Below, piece after piece: positions 7,283 to 14,166 of a stretch of 35,836 bases of DNA. How positions within the stretch are numbered: position 1 is the first letter of the stretch; each line of letters opens with the position of its first letter. Under the pieces are notes generated by a model that saw nothing but the letters and a program-made list of their open reading frames with translations, made no database searches and was not told where the DNA came from. This DNA is from a virus, in the IMG/VR virus record IMGVR_UViG_3300009703_000003, positions 1 through 35,836 of that record. One strand, given 5' to 3'. The translations under genes and the position numbers were made by a program.

Positions 7283-7338
7283 GCTTTGGGGGAGTTTTTT
7301 CTTTCTAGTTCCCTTTCGGTAGTTTTCTTCCCCAAGGC
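7283..7338 (+). other. GC-rich long-range stem: GCTTTGGGGGAG (7283-7294) pairs with CTTCCCCAAGGC (7327-7338) around a 32-nt T-rich loop
   Basis: Read in the 84-nt intergenic gap. The stem has 12 bp including 2 G-U pairs. Those G-U pairs form only in the plus-strand RNA. Confidence 0.4.
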
Positions 7339-7352
7339 ACCTCAAAAACATT

Positions 7353-7658
7353 ATGGATAAAAAAATCACAGATTTAGAACAAGAGATTGAAAAGAAAATT
7401 ATTGATGATCGTCAAAAAGATTATGGGAATTATCAAGAAAACTTTATTATGTTAGCTGATATGTTTACAATTATATTGGCAAGTAGTTTAAAAAAACGAA
7501 TAAAACCGCACCAAGTAGGTCAATTAATGATGGCATTAAAACTATATAGATCAACAAGAAATTTTAAGGCTGATAATTATACAGATTTAAGTATATATAA
7601 CAAGATGACTAAAGAGATACACAAAAAAGAGGTTGCCAAAAAGGATAAAAATGGGTAA
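7353..7658 (+). CDS. Hypothetical protein, 101 aa (DUF6378-like pattern)
   Basis: ORF track. Pattern RQKDYGNYQENF...A......L....V..LMMALKLYR, assigned to the family from memory. Confidence 0.55.
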   Translation: MDKKITDLEQEIEKKIIDDRQKDYGNYQENFIMLADMFTIILASSLKKRIKPHQVGQLMMALKLYRSTRNFKADNYTDLSIYNKMTKEIHKKEVAKKDKNG

Positions 7659-7905
7659 GTATAAAAGAATTATTAATGGGGATTGTCATTTTACCATGAC
7701 AGAACTCTTTGATGATGTTGAGAAAGCTGCAAATGTGTCCAATAATGGAGAACTTGTAGAATGTAAAATTGATAATTTGAGGATTGATTTTACAACAGTA
7801 AAAAAGGATAAGGATGAACGAGATAAAAACTCGTCTGCAAAGGTACAGGGATCTTCAACAGAAGAAACACGAGAAGTACCTAGAAGCGAAGCAGAAGGTC
7901 AATAA
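7651..7905 (+). CDS. Hypothetical protein, 84 aa (the ORF is open from 7633)
   Basis: ORF track. ATG 7651 is preceded by AAGGATAAAA and overlaps the upstream stop. Confidence 0.5.
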   Translation: MGKYKRIINGDCHFTMTELFDDVEKAANVSNNGELVECKIDNLRIDFTTVKKDKDERDKNSSAKVQGSSTEETREVPRSEAEGQ

Positions 7906-7958
7906 GTATCAAAAAGATTCTTATAGATTGCTTTGGAAGATAGAGCAGACAAAAGAAG

Positions 7959-7992
7959 AATTAATGAGAACTTAACTCATTAATTTTATTAT
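7959..7992 (+). terminator. Candidate intrinsic terminator: AATTAATGAG-AACTTAA-CTCATTAATT followed by TTATTATT
   Basis: Perfect 10-bp inverted repeat (7959-7968 and 7976-7985) with a T-rich tail. The stem is AT-rich and therefore weak. Confidence 0.3.
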
Positions 7993-8024
7993 TAAAAAAA
8001 ACTGAAGGAAAACGTAGGGGATCT

Positions 8025-8537
8025 ATGACCATAAATATAAGCAAACATTACAATAAACATATAGAAAAGTTAGATCAAAATAATTTTATATATAAAGTTA
8101 AGAAAGCATTTCACCTTCTTACGAGCCAAGAAGAAAGATTATATGAGGTAGGGTTCTCGGAAGGCTTTTTATATGCTGTAAACATTTTACAAAAAGAACC
8201 AATCAAAGATAGTAATGTTAGAAAAATTGTAGGTTATACTGTTACTAGACCAAAACCTTTACAAGTGGAAAGTGTTATTAATAAAGTTTGTATATACTTT
8301 GAAGTACATAAACCAACATTGCTAGGTAAAAAAAGAACTACAGATATAGTAAGAGCAAGAAATGTAATACACAATATATTATTTGAAAAGTATCGTATGA
8401 ACCTTACAGATATTGGTAGATATTTTGGACAAGATCATACCACAGTATTGCACTCAATAGAAATGAAAAGAGACCAGAAAAGATTTTGGTCCCCAGAACA
8501 ATCATTGTGGCAAGAGTTTGAGAAACTTATTTCTTAA
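8025..8537 (+). CDS. Protein with a DnaA domain IV (DnaA-box-binding HTH) and no AAA+ domain, 170 aa
   Basis: ORF track. VESVINKVCIYFEVHKPTLLGKKRTTDIVRARNV......LTDIGRYFGQDHTTVLHSIE aligns with the E. coli DnaA C-terminus (I...V..YY.I....LLSKRRSRSVARPRQ...L..IG..FGGRDHTTVLHA). Confidence 0.85.
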   Translation: MTINISKHYNKHIEKLDQNNFIYKVKKAFHLLTSQEERLYEVGFSEGFLYAVNILQKEPIKDSNVRKIVGYTVTRPKPLQVESVINKVCIYFEVHKPTLLGKKRTTDIVRARNVIHNILFEKYRMNLTDIGRYFGQDHTTVLHSIEMKRDQKRFWSPEQSLWQEFEKLIS

Positions 8538-8641
8538 TGCACAAGTGTTCTAAATGTAAAAAAGTTGCTGTAGTAATAGAAGATAAAAAATATTTTTGTG
8601 CTGATTGTTATTTAAAATTAAAAAAAATATTTACTTCTTAA
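8537..8641 (+). CDS. Zinc-ribbon micro-protein, 34 aa (CSKC...CADC)
   Basis: Hand translation gives MHKCSKCKKVAVVIEDKKYFCADCYLKLKKIFTS*. TAATG overlap with the upstream stop. Confidence 0.4.
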   Translation: MHKCSKCKKVAVVIEDKKYFCADCYLKLKKIFTS

Positions 8642-8789
8642 ACCCAGATAACATATTCTTATAAGCCTTTTTAGTAATTGTACTTTTAGATTTACTTTTT
8701 GAAGTACCAGATTTTTTTTTCTGGTTGATGTTATAGTACAAACCTTTTTTGGCTTTTGTTCCATCTTTTTTAGTGTGATAACCCGGCAT
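8631..8789 (-). CDS. Lys-rich basic small protein, 52 aa; last gene of the late block
   Basis: Hand translation gives MPGYHTKKDGTKAKKGLYYNINQKKKSGTSKSKSKS...GFKK*. TAATG coupling to the upstream gene. Its 3' end overlaps the convergent plus-strand ORF by 11 nt. Confidence 0.45.
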   Translation of the reverse strand: MPGYHTKKDGTKAKKGLYYNINQKKKSGTSKSKSKSTITKKAYKNMLSGFKK

Positions 8790-9013
8790 TATTTCTCCTT
8801 TTCATAAGTTGCATCTTCTGATCTTAATTTTTGTTGTTCACAATAATTATCAAAACAACTACCATCTTTTCCATCATGACAAAAGTATTTTTTTGTAGCA
8901 GTTATAATCCATCCACCTTCATCACTAATTAATTCTTTGTTACAACTCTCACAATAACCACAAATAAAACATTTAGTTGGTTTTTTCCATAATTTTTTTA
9001 CCGGCACTTCCAC
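8789..9013 (-). CDS. Cys-rich small protein, 74 aa (8 Cys)
   Basis: ORF track. Motif CFICGYCESC...C....C...C. Confidence 0.5.
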   Translation of the reverse strand: MEVPVKKLWKKPTKCFICGYCESCNKELISDEGGWIITATKKYFCHDGKDGSCFDNYCEQQKLRSEDATYEKEK

Positions 9014-9282
9014 CTTCTTCTTGCTTGTCTTATTCTTGAGTTAGGATCGTTTCTTGTTTTAGCGGATGATTTTTTAAGTTGTCCGGCTGATCTTGCACAA
9101 TAACTTTTTCTACGTTTAGCAGCTTTAGATCCTTTCTTAACTTTACCTGTTACTGCTGTCTTTAATTTTGATCCGGGATTGGCTCTTCTATATCTCGCAA
9201 CACCTTTAGCTGTCATTCCAGCACCTTTTTTTGTTGGTCTATAGTTTGCGTTTTTACCTTTAGTAGTTTTTCTTATAGACAT
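8998..9282 (-). CDS. Highly basic small protein, 94 aa (DUF5872-like pattern)
   Basis: ORF track. Motif MTAKGVARYRRANPGSKLKTAV...KRRKSYCAR, assigned to the family from memory. Confidence 0.55.
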   Translation of the reverse strand: MSIRKTTKGKNANYRPTKKGAGMTAKGVARYRRANPGSKLKTAVTGKVKKGSKAAKRRKSYCARSAGQLKKSSAKTRNDPNSRIRQARRRWKCR

Positions 9283-9503
9283 TATTTTAATATTAATTTT
9301 TTAATTGATTTTTCTCCCATATAAATCTCGGTCTCTGCTTTAGATTTTATACACTGGTACTCTATATTTTTTGAAGAACCACGCATAGCAATTCTCTTTC
9401 CTTTTAAGCATTGAGACATAGATTCTTGTATTCTATGTTCCTTAATTTCTCCATTTACAATCATTAGTAATGCAACTACTACTTCAACCATGTCCATTAC
9501 CAT
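9282..9503 (-). CDS. Small protein, 73 aa, hydrophobic N-terminus
   Basis: ORF track. It overlaps the upstream gene by 20 nt. Confidence 0.45.
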   Translation of the reverse strand: MVMDMVEVVVALLMIVNGEIKEHRIQESMSQCLKGKRIAMRGSSKNIEYQCIKSKAETEIYMGEKSIKKLILK

Positions 9504-9849
9504 TTGCTCTTACTTTGTCTTTTAAATTTTCAATATCTCTTAATGCCTTTTCCATTTGTTTTGTTAAGAACTGTATATTAACTTTGTTGTGCATCATATC
9601 TTCTATTCTTTTTTCAATCTTCTCTACTGTTTTATATAAATCTTCAAGCAACATAAACTGTTCTTGATCGGTTGGTAATTGTTCAGATTTTTTAAGTAGA
9701 TCAGCTTGGAATAATTCTCTTGATGTTTCTAATGATGTAAGTCTGGCAGTAACTTCTGTATAGCCTATTACACCAGAAATTATTATTGCCACAATACCAA
9801 TCATATTTTTAATTGGCATAGTTACATTTGTTTTCTCGCTTACTTTCAT
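9484..9849 (-). CDS. Type-II membrane protein with a coiled-coil ectodomain, 121 aa (i-spanin-like architecture)
   Basis: ORF track. N-terminal TM segment IGIVAIIISGVIGY, then heptad-rich helical sequence. Confidence 0.5.
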   Translation of the reverse strand: MKVSEKTNVTMPIKNMIGIVAIIISGVIGYTEVTARLTSLETSRELFQADLLKKSEQLPTDQEQFMLLEDLYKTVEKIEKRIEDMMHNKVNIQFLTKQMEKALRDIENLKDKVRANGNGHG

Positions 9850-9953
9850 TTCTTCTTCTTTTTACATTTACAACGTGGTGCAAATAGCTTGTCTATCCAA
9901 CCACAAAGTATATCTAATTTTCCAAAAAAAGAATATAGAAATTTATCAATCAT
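9846..9953 (-). CDS. Amphipathic cationic micro-protein, 35 aa, ending in CKCKKKKK
   Basis: Hand translation gives MIDKFLYSFFGKLDILCGWIDKLFAPRCKCKKKKK*. ATGA overlaps at both ends. Confidence 0.4.
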   Translation of the reverse strand: MIDKFLYSFFGKLDILCGWIDKLFAPRCKCKKKKK

Positions 9954-10039
9954 GTTGCTGGTCCTCCACAAAAAGCCAACAACGTAAGCATTATTATAAG
10001 GACACCTGTAAAGTAATAGTTCATCCTGTCTATCTCCAT
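9950..10039 (-). CDS. Single-TM micro-protein, 29 aa, with a non-canonical lipobox-like LLAFC
   Basis: Hand translation gives MEIDRMNYYFTGVLIIMLTLLAFCGGPAT*. SD AAGGA lies 6 nt upstream. Confidence 0.4.
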   Translation of the reverse strand: MEIDRMNYYFTGVLIIMLTLLAFCGGPAT

Positions 10040-10060
10040 AGGTTATCCTTATAAATTATA

Positions 10061-10201
10061 TTATGTGATGATAGTAACAACTAATACAACTGCTACAACA
10101 ATAACCATTTCTTTATGATCTGTCCAGTAGTGCATAGCTTTGTTTTTAATTTTTTGTATCATATTTAAGTCCTGTTCGTGTGTAGGTATATCGTCATGCA
10201 T
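10061..10201 (-). CDS. Tail-anchored small membrane protein, 46 aa
   Basis: Hand translation gives MHDDIPTHEQDLNMIQKIKNKAMHYWTDHKEMVIVVAVVLVVTIIT*. Strong SD GGAGGA lies 7 nt upstream. Confidence 0.5.
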   Translation of the reverse strand: MHDDIPTHEQDLNMIQKIKNKAMHYWTDHKEMVIVVAVVLVVTIIT

Positions 10202-10233
10202 ATTTATATCCTCCGACTTTTTATTATAAGATA

Positions 10234-10383
10234 TTACTTCCCTTGTCCACGATTTTTTGATCCACCTTTATGCCTTCTTTTATGTTTGTTCATAGAAGAT
10301 GTTTTAGGTCGTCTACCTATACTTGTTTTTTTTGGTATTCTGACGTGTTCTAGTTTGTCTAGGTTGAACTTTTTTTTTGCCAT
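10234..10383 (-). CDS. Highly basic micro-protein, 49 aa
   Basis: Hand translation gives MAKKKFNLDKLEHVRIPKKTSIGRRPKTSSMNKHKRRHKGGSKNRGQGK*. AGGAAAAG is upstream. An A9 run follows the start. Confidence 0.4.
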   Translation of the reverse strand: MAKKKFNLDKLEHVRIPKKTSIGRRPKTSSMNKHKRRHKGGSKNRGQGK

Positions 10384-10459
10384 CTTTTCCTGTTTGTTGC
10401 GACAACATACTTGTCTTTTTACTATATTGTTTTGTGTATGATGTGCTAATTGACTTCAT
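10313..10459 (-). CDS. Alternative or overlapping basic ORF, 48 aa, coupled to the upstream stop
   Basis: Hand translation gives MKSISTSYTKQYSKKTSMLSQQTGKDGKKKVQPRQTRTRQNTKKNKYR*. TAATG overlap with 10459-10890. It overlaps 10234-10383 by 71 nt across the A9 run. Confidence 0.3.
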   Translation of the reverse strand: MKSISTSYTKQYSKKTSMLSQQTGKDGKKKVQPRQTRTRQNTKKNKYR

Positions 10460-10890
10460 TATTTCTTAACTAAAGAACCACCAAAGTATAAACCAATAAT
10501 TGCAGACACTAAGTTAGTATCTAATGGTGTGATAACCAAACTATTAGAAGATAGTGTTATCCATTTCATTATTTCTTTTTCTGGTAGAAAAAAGAACGCA
10601 GGTTTAAATTCTAAATAACCTACAATTACACTTACATCTGGTTGGAATATTGGCATTAGTTTTGGTAGCAATACTATTGCAAATACTGCAGTTAAAGCTA
10701 TAATTCTTCTGGTCCATTGGAAGCCTTCGTTGTTATATTCTCTAGCTTCTTTAAAACCTTTTTGTTGTACCTCTGCTCTTTGCAGTAACATTTTTTGTTC
10801 TGCTTGTTTTGCTTTGATACTTTGCGACCAAATACTCATAACTCCACCAAGTACAGTAGAGCCTAACATTGTTATCATTTCAAATGGCAT
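10459..10890 (-). CDS. Multi-pass membrane protein, 143 aa (holin candidate)
   Basis: ORF track. Three hydrophobic segments: MLGSTVLGGVMSIW, IIALTAVFAIVLLPKLMPIF and LVSAIIGLYFGGSLV. Confidence 0.4.
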   Translation of the reverse strand: MPFEMITMLGSTVLGGVMSIWSQSIKAKQAEQKMLLQRAEVQQKGFKEAREYNNEGFQWTRRIIALTAVFAIVLLPKLMPIFQPDVSVIVGYLEFKPAFFFLPEKEIMKWITLSSNSLVITPLDTNLVSAIIGLYFGGSLVKK

Positions 10891-11090
10891 TATTCTTTCT
10901 CCTCTAAATCCTTAATTTTAGATAGTGCATCCTCTAAATCTTTATTACAAAACTCTAGTTTTTGCAAACACCTTTTGTTAGCGGAATCTTTAGATTTATT
11001 AGCATCTTCTAGCTCTGCTATCTGACTTTTCAGTATTCTTACTTGGTCTTTATACTCATTAATAATATCTAACGAATTATCATTTGGCAT
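10890..11090 (-). CDS. Coiled-coil small protein, 66 aa
   Basis: ORF track. Heptad-like sequence rich in charged residues. Confidence 0.5.
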   Translation of the reverse strand: MPNDNSLDIINEYKDQVRILKSQIAELEDANKSKDSANKRCLQKLEFCNKDLEDALSKIKDLEEKE

Positions 11091-11382
11091 ATATTATTTT
11101 TACCTTTAGTTTGATTTGTTCTTTTGTTCTACCTCTGGATATAAGTGATCCAACTCTTTTTCTTTTATAGCCATCTTTGGCTGTATAGTCTGACTTCCTA
11201 TAATTTTTAGACTTAACATCATAACCAGTATACTCACCTGTAGACATATTTAAAGTAACAATATCTACAGGACCAAGTCCGCCAAGAGGTGTAAATACTA
11301 GAATATTAGGGTCTTTTGCTAGTTCAATCTGTACTTTCATTTCGCTTATTAGACCAGTAGTTGCTTTCTTTCTTCTAGCCAT
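11080..11382 (-). CDS. Mini PD-(D/E)XK nuclease, Hjc-like Holliday-junction resolvase candidate, 100 aa
   Basis: ORF track. GLISEMKVQIELAK...V.TPLGG.GPVDIV......GYDVKSK parallels the archaeal Hjc pattern G..E....L...G..V.R.P.SG....DI.A....IE.KS. Confidence 0.45.
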   Translation of the reverse strand: MARRKKATTGLISEMKVQIELAKDPNILVFTPLGGLGPVDIVTLNMSTGEYTGYDVKSKNYRKSDYTAKDGYKRKRVGSLISRGRTKEQIKLKVKIIYAK

Positions 11383-11395
11383 AACAGCCTTAAAG

Positions 11396-11602
11396 TTAAA
11401 GTTTTTGAAATAATATAACTATAATTGTAAACATACCACCTATGAGAGCTGACATAGCATAGTACAAATGTTTTTTAATATCTTTAATCTCTGTTTCTAT
11501 ATTGTTTATTTTTTGATGAGTTTGTTTTTGCATGATACGACAAAGTTTTTCGTGTGATTCTATTCTTTCAAGTGCAGTATTTTTAGGCATTAATTTTTTC
11601 AA
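11396..11602 (-). CDS. Tail-anchored membrane protein, 68 aa
   Basis: ORF track. C-terminal TM segment AMSALIGGMFTIIVILF. Confidence 0.5.
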   Translation of the reverse strand: MKKLMPKNTALERIESHEKLCRIMQKQTHQKINNIETEIKDIKKHLYYAMSALIGGMFTIIVILFQKL

Positions 11603-11810
11603 CCTCTACTTCTTGACAATAAAATTTAATAAAAAATTTATATTGATTAAAATCTTCTGTATTTAATTCTTTTATTTTTTCAATAGATTCTTCATTTCCA
11701 GCAATTATACAAGATTGCCAATTATCATAAAACTTATCTGTCATTGGAAAAGGCTCTAAACATGAACCTGCAACTCCACTACAAAGGATCATGCTTAAAA
11801 AAAATTTCAT
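11583..11810 (-). CDS. Secreted or lipid-anchored Cys-containing small protein, 75 aa
   Basis: ORF track. Signal-like MKFFLSMILCSGVAGSC. The lipobox is ambiguous. Confidence 0.5.
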   Translation of the reverse strand: MKFFLSMILCSGVAGSCLEPFPMTDKFYDNWQSCIIAGNEESIEKIKELNTEDFNQYKFFIKFYCQEVEVEKINA

Positions 11811-12112
11811 TATTTTGGATTGTCTGCTTTTACTTTAGCAATGGCATCTTCCCAGTTTGTAGTACCATTAACATTATCCCAGTATTGCATATCAAGTTGT
11901 TCTTGAATTGTAGGATAAGCAGTTGCTCTATCTCTTTGATATTGGTTAGCATCATACTCTGCTTGTACCTCTACCATTTTAGCTTCTATGTCAGCTTTAG
12001 GAATAGGTGTTGTTCCCTCATGCCATTCTATTTCACAAGTGTTTATGTCATCTCCTCTTACAACCACTTCTGCACTAGGATTTATTTTTAGTATTGCTTT
12101 AGCTATTATCAT
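11810..12112 (-). CDS. XkdW-like small protein (third copy), 100 aa
   Basis: ORF track. It shares I.EW....P.....A....R...AYP.I..QLD..Y.D...W...I..VKADNPK with 13819-14148. Confidence 0.6.
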   Translation of the reverse strand: MIIAKAILKINPSAEVVVRGDDINTCEIEWHEGTTPIPKADIEAKMVEVQAEYDANQYQRDRATAYPTIQEQLDMQYWDNVNGTTNWEDAIAKVKADNPK

Positions 12113-12615
12113 GCGAACTCCATTAATGTAAAAGTCATCCTTGCTGATGTTACAGTATTATTTATATAAAAAGTTCCAGAGCCACCTATTCTTGCAAAAA
12201 CTGGAGTGTAAATAACAGACGAAGTTGATCCTGGAGCATATTCTGCTATTCCTGTCATAGTGTCTACTTCAACATTACTTGTACCACTATAGGCGTTATT
12301 TTTTACAAGCATAATTTGATTGCCTATTAAACTTGTTGTTACATCTGATGTACTTGCAATAGCAACTTGACCATTACAACCTGCATACATATCTGTTGAT
12401 GAAAACATAAATATTAATTTGTTAGATGAATTTGAAAGAGCATGAGTAATTCTTAGACCAGAAGCAACTTCTGCATAAGTTGTTGAGGTTGTAGTAACAT
12501 CTGGTGTCGTAGGAGCTATTGTTTCTATTTTAGCTGCTAAAATTTTACCACCTACACCACTTGGTAAAGCTGTTATCGCAGATATTGTATTATTGTTTGG
12601 TTTAATTATTGCCAT
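12109..12615 (-). CDS. Stand-alone beta-rich tail-fibre or receptor-binding-like protein, 168 aa
   Basis: ORF track. The N-terminus MAIIKP resembles MAIDKI of 14167-14691. Rich in Ser, Thr and Gly, with a C-terminal MTFTLMEFA strand like TFFTFIRLG of 12901-13806. Confidence 0.55.
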   Translation of the reverse strand: MAIIKPNNNTISAITALPSGVGGKILAAKIETIAPTTPDVTTTSTTYAEVASGLRITHALSNSSNKLIFMFSSTDMYAGCNGQVAIASTSDVTTSLIGNQIMLVKNNAYSGTSNVEVDTMTGIAEYAPGSTSSVIYTPVFARIGGSGTFYINNTVTSARMTFTLMEFA

Positions 12616-12616
12616 G

Positions 12617-12898
12617 TTATGCTCCCATTAATGCTTGGATTTCGTCATCATCTAATCCCAAGTCTTTTAATTTTTGTTTGCCAGATGCTTTTTTGTTTGT
12701 TGCTGCTGTTTCTGCATCTTTAATTTCTTGTATCTTTGCATTAACATCAGCTTCGGTAGGTTTTGTAATTGAACTGTCATGAACAATAATATTTTCATAA
12801 GACATTCTGTGTTCGCCTGTCCAATCTTTTTTCCAACCAAACCATTGACCAGTGTGCATTTGTGCTAAAGCATAATTTAACCATTCTTGATTATTCAT
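12617..12898 (-). CDS. XkdW-like small protein (second, divergent copy), 93 aa
   Basis: ORF track. It carries the I.V.....ITKPTEADVNAKI motif in the same position relative to a fibre gene. Confidence 0.5.
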   Translation of the reverse strand: MNNQEWLNYALAQMHTGQWFGWKKDWTGEHRMSYENIIVHDSSITKPTEADVNAKIQEIKDAETAATNKKASGKQKLKDLGLDDDEIQALMGA

Positions 12899-12900
12899 TT

Positions 12901-13806
12901 TTATGTATCTCCTAATCTAATAAATGTAAAAAAAGTTCTATTTTCTGAAGTTCCACCTTGAATTACATTATTATTATTTACACTTTGATAAGCAAATTTT
13001 ACTTTAACATTTGAAACATCTGTAACATCAACTAAAGTTGAAGCAACACAACCTACATTTGCAGCAGAATCTCCTTGCTGTCCCATTTGTGTTCTAGCAA
13101 CATGAGTATAACTAGAATTGTTAATTGTTATATGAATATCATTACACATAGCAGTATCAGCATGGTCTGTGCATTGAAAAACCATATTAGATATAACATT
13201 GTATATTCCTGTGCTCGGAAATGTAAAAACACCAGAAGATTCAGACATTAAAGAACCTGCAATATAACCTTGTCCAGCAGTATCAACTCTTTCTAAATTT
13301 GATGTAATAAAAGCATCACTTCCATCTGATGTAATACTTGCAGTTAATCTCCATTGATCTGCTACTGTAATTCCACCACCTTTAATTAATGAGTAATCAA
13401 TTCTTTTTAATGTACCAGCATCTGATACTAAAAATTCGTCTGTGTCTGCTGGTTCACTTGTTAGAGCTGTAGTACCAGAAATAATATCGTTATTAAGTTT
13501 AGCTGCTGTAACTGTAGCATCACTAGGTACACCAAGATCAAGAACATCACCAAGTATCTGAATAAAATCTATAACATCTCCTGTAACTAAATTACTAGAA
13601 AATGTAATTGTAGAACCACTAACAGTAAAAGAACTGTTCGGTTTTTGGATCGTACCATTCAGACTACAAATCATGTGATTCGCACTCTGGGGAATTACAT
13701 TAACTGATCCTACTTGCATTGTGTATGCAGCTTGACCATTAACTACAGATATTGCATCACAAATCTGAAAATTTCCTATTGTTGGTTTAGTACCTATGTA
13801 AGCCAA
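12901..13806 (-). CDS. Tail fibre paralogue 2: conserved N-terminal anchor plus jelly-roll-like C-terminal domain, 301 aa
   Basis: ORF track. The N-terminus MAYIGTKP...NG.IQKP...FTVSGSTITF...VTGDVI...D.D.FLVSDAGTLKRI is paralogous to 14700-15548. The C-terminus has FTFPSTGIYNV...TFFTFIRLG. Confidence 0.75.
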   Translation of the reverse strand: MAYIGTKPTIGNFQICDAISVVNGQAAYTMQVGSVNVIPQSANHMICSLNGTIQKPNSSFTVSGSTITFSSNLVTGDVIDFIQILGDVLDLGVPSDATVTAAKLNNDIISGTTALTSEPADTDEFLVSDAGTLKRIDYSLIKGGGITVADQWRLTASITSDGSDAFITSNLERVDTAGQGYIAGSLMSESSGVFTFPSTGIYNVISNMVFQCTDHADTAMCNDIHITINNSSYTHVARTQMGQQGDSAANVGCVASTLVDVTDVSNVKVKFAYQSVNNNNVIQGGTSENRTFFTFIRLGDT

Positions 13807-13818
13807 AATTTTTACTCC

Positions 13819-14148
13819 TTAACTTTTTGGGTTATTATCTTTTATACTTTTTATTCTTGCTTTCCAAGAATCTATATCTTTATAGATTTCGTCTAGCTGA
13901 TCACCAATATTACCATAAGCAGCTTTTCTTGTAGCTCTTACTTGATTATTGGCTTCTTCTGTGTTAGCTGCTGATTCTTGTGCTGATAATTGTGCGTCAG
14001 TAGGTTGTGCAATATCTAAATTCCACTCCTTAATGTAAGCACCATTGCCATCACTATCGTCTTGCAACATAACATCTTTCATAAAATCTACTTCTGATAC
14101 ACCATTTGCATCACAGTACATTTTAATTTTAGTTGATAGATTTGCCAT
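13819..14148 (-). CDS. XkdW-like small protein (first copy), 109 aa
   Basis: ORF track. GAYIKEWNLDIAQPTDAQL resembles B. subtilis PBSX XkdW (GSYIEKWNL.APLPTQAEL), recalled from memory. Confidence 0.6.
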   Translation of the reverse strand: MANLSTKIKMYCDANGVSEVDFMKDVMLQDDSDGNGAYIKEWNLDIAQPTDAQLSAQESAANTEEANNQVRATRKAAYGNIGDQLDEIYKDIDSWKARIKSIKDNNPKS

Positions 14149-14166
14149 AGTATGTCCTCCTTAATT

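Noticed and set aside
7283-7341. Possible tRNA: a 7-bp acceptor-like stem (GCTTTGG pairing with CCAAGGC) followed by ACC
   Set aside because: The whole element is only about 57 nt. It has no T-loop (GTTCRA), D-arm or anticodon-arm pairing, and the stem extends to 12 bp as a simple hairpin.
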